DNA of 64,000 nt from Azolla caroliniana (taxonomy: Eukaryota; Plantae; Polypodiophyta): NCBI GenBank assembly GCA_043228905.1, contig JBHGNT010000003.1, positions 3,038,001-3,102,000 on the forward strand, read 5' to 3'. The position numbers and the translations under genes were made by a program. Shown one piece after another: positions 62,001 through 64,000 of the stretch. The notes under the pieces were generated by a model, which worked only from the letters and a program-made list of their open reading frames with translations, was not told the DNA's origin and did no database searches. Numbering within the stretch: the stretch's first letter is position 1; every line of letters starts with the position of its first letter.

Positions 62001-63637
62001 CAAGAAGTTGAACCAATGAAGCAAGTCTAAACTATCATTCGCTGGTAGGGTTCTTATTGCGAACCAAGTGATGTTCGCCACCATGTGGCACTCAGTCTCC
62101 TGCTGGATTATGGACCCTTCAGGTTTGCACGTGATTAAGGCTGCCATCAGGGGGTTTATATGGTCAGGTAAGGACAACCCGATGGCTGTCGCCAGAGTGT
62201 CATGGCATTGGTTAACACAACCGCGGGCCAAAGGGGGGCTTGGCCTCATAGACCCCTTAATGCAGAGCCGAGCATTGCTAGCCAAAATGGTGGTTCGATG
62301 CCTCCTGTCAGGTAAGGGGTGTTGGAAGGTTCTACTTTGCAATAGGTTGCAGGCAGGGACTCCCAAGTATGGTAGGCCTTGGCCCGACTCCTTGAATTGG
62401 TGTTGCACAAGCGGAGTCCCACCCAAGATGGCTTGTCTTCCAGAGGAGAGGGTCATGAACTCCATCTTGCGGGCATGGTGTCACGTACGACATCATTTGG
62501 TCAAGCACACGCCGGAGACACTAATTGAGTGGTCTAGACAACCATTATTTTGGAACCCTCAAGTGCGAACAAGTGACAACATGATGTTAGGGCAACTTAA
62601 GCGCCTAGCATGGGGAAAGCTGGCGCAAACAAGGCACCACTCTATAGATGATTGGAGATGCACGGTGGCTTTAGGAGGAGCCCAAGAGGTCCCATTCCCT
62701 CCCCTCAAGGGAGCCATGAAAATGCGGAGATTGATAGCTGAGGCAGTTGATAGGCTTTCGTTGGGGGAGGTGAGAGAAGATGCTTGGTTCGGTCTCTTTG
62801 ATGAGGATGGAAGGGTTAAGTTGTTGTAGGGCGTGAGCGGATCGGGAAGAGTTACAATTTTTGGGGAGAGTCAAAGTAGGGGCTCTTGGCACCCAATCCA
62901 CGTGGTGGCGCAGGTTGGTAACATCTGGAAGACAAACCCGAATGTTACTAAGGTGGAACCCCATTGGATGTAATGGGTATATGGTTGTTGTCCCCTCGTC
63001 GAACTAGAATGGAACCCAGGGGATTTCAGGTGGAAACATGATGGCAGATTTTGCCATTTCTTCGAGTACAACACTAAACTGGGCCAGACTTTTTAACAAC
63101 AGCTAGACGACCCCTTACTCAATGGATGGCGTACATTGGGCATCCCTGATGAGGTGCTCATTACCTTTTGGAAGGGTCTCTGGCGTCTCCACATGCCGGA
63201 AAAGATAAAGTTTTTTTGGTGGCAAATCGGTCATAATGTGGTTCCCGTTGGCGAATGGCTAGGTAAACGTGGCGGCCCGTTAGGCTGCCCACTTTGCCAT
63301 TCACCTATTGAGCGTTGCCTAAAGGTATGTATGAAAAGCGCATTGCCTAAAGGTCTTTCAGGATCTGGTGCGGCCCCCGGAGGAAGTGATCATGGACATA
63401 TGGTTTGCGCTTATCAGCTGCCTACGAGGGCAATTGGACGAGGTTTGCAGTCATTCCAATGACGTGGTTACTGCTCGTTTGCGCTTCTGGCAAAAATGGC
63501 GGAACACGCCTATGGTGACACAAGGAGGAAGTGGCCTGAGGTGGAACTACCAGCCCTCACGTTGGTTGTTTCCGACTCACTTACCACCCTCCCTTCACTG
63601 TCGACCCCAGGAGTTGTCTCGTACTAGCCATCACTGA
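59024..63637 (+). pseudogene. LINE ORF2 (endonuclease/RT/zf-RVT), broken by stops, frameshifts and a solo LTR
   Basis: MRILTWNVQG, LQEHH, NIYAPN, GDFN, ARLDRIY, SDHKP; LDFEKTYDRV, RQGCPLAPYLY, YADD; GGLGLIDP; CPLCH. Confidence 0.88.
59795..60432. mobile_element. Solo LTR (638 bp) nested in LINE ORF2
   Basis: Termini TGTTGG...CCAACA, with a perfect 5-bp TSD GTAGC (59790-59794 and 60433-60437). Internal short CCGG-rich tandem repeats and a CT tract are present. Confidence 0.88.
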
Positions 63638-64000
63638 AGGACATCATTTTTAGCTATAGGTACTTACATTAAGTAGTCAGTCCGAAAGGCGATGTAACTA
63701 GTCTCAATTTCTTGAACTTGATAGGAGGGAGATTCCCCGATCTATGTATAAGCCTCCTTGTACAGTCTCTTTGTAATAATCCTTCCTAACTAATGGGAAA
63801 GTAGCTTCATTTAAAAAAAAAGAAGAACTCATATTTGTTCCCTTTCACCAAAGTTTTGTAATGATCCTAAAGCCTTCATGATATGAATGGCTTATACAAT
63901 CTTGCCAATTCAGAAAATAAGTGATATATTGCATGTTTGCAGATTCAACTCCTTGTTCTATCTATGGATAGTGGATTAAGCATAAACTTATCCAAGGCTT

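Larger units (their letters stand above)
57015..63828 (+). mobile_element. Full-length degenerate L1-clade LINE (5'UTR, ORF1, ORF2, A-rich tail) interrupted by a solo LTR
   Basis: TSD TCATATTTGTTCC at 57002-57014 and 63829-63841. A-rich tail at 63813-63827. ORF1 and a fragmented ORF2 homologous to the LINE at 38-43 kb. Confidence 0.88.

Overview
This is AT-rich, repeat-laden land-plant nuclear DNA with spliceosomal GT-AG introns. The gene content suggests a non-seed plant such as a fern, but that is inference only. Five apparently intact host genes are present: (1) a single-ORF, strongly divergent S-adenosylmethionine decarboxylase-like gene (2270-3340) with key active-site residues replaced; (2) a 9-exon hybrid histidine kinase with an N-terminal bacterial-type MASE1 membrane sensor (17659-22024); (3) a 3-exon SIP aquaporin (25649-31791); (4) a DUF247 protein (33246-34820, minus), with a decayed paralogue at about 5469-6710; (5) a 6-exon IST1-like ESCRT-III-related gene (46893-50534, minus). 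Mobile DNA includes a non-autonomous LTR element (8638-11531, TSD CAAAT) that has captured a UBA2-like two-RRM gene, two L1-type LINEs with target-site duplications, solo LTRs, a hAT MITE, Copia gag remnants and tRNA-like modules. The most notable items are the MASE1 histidine kinase, the possible SAMDC pseudoenzyme, the gene-capturing LTR element and an odd reiterated-AUG leader in the IST1-like gene. All family assignments come from motif recognition by eye; no searches were run.
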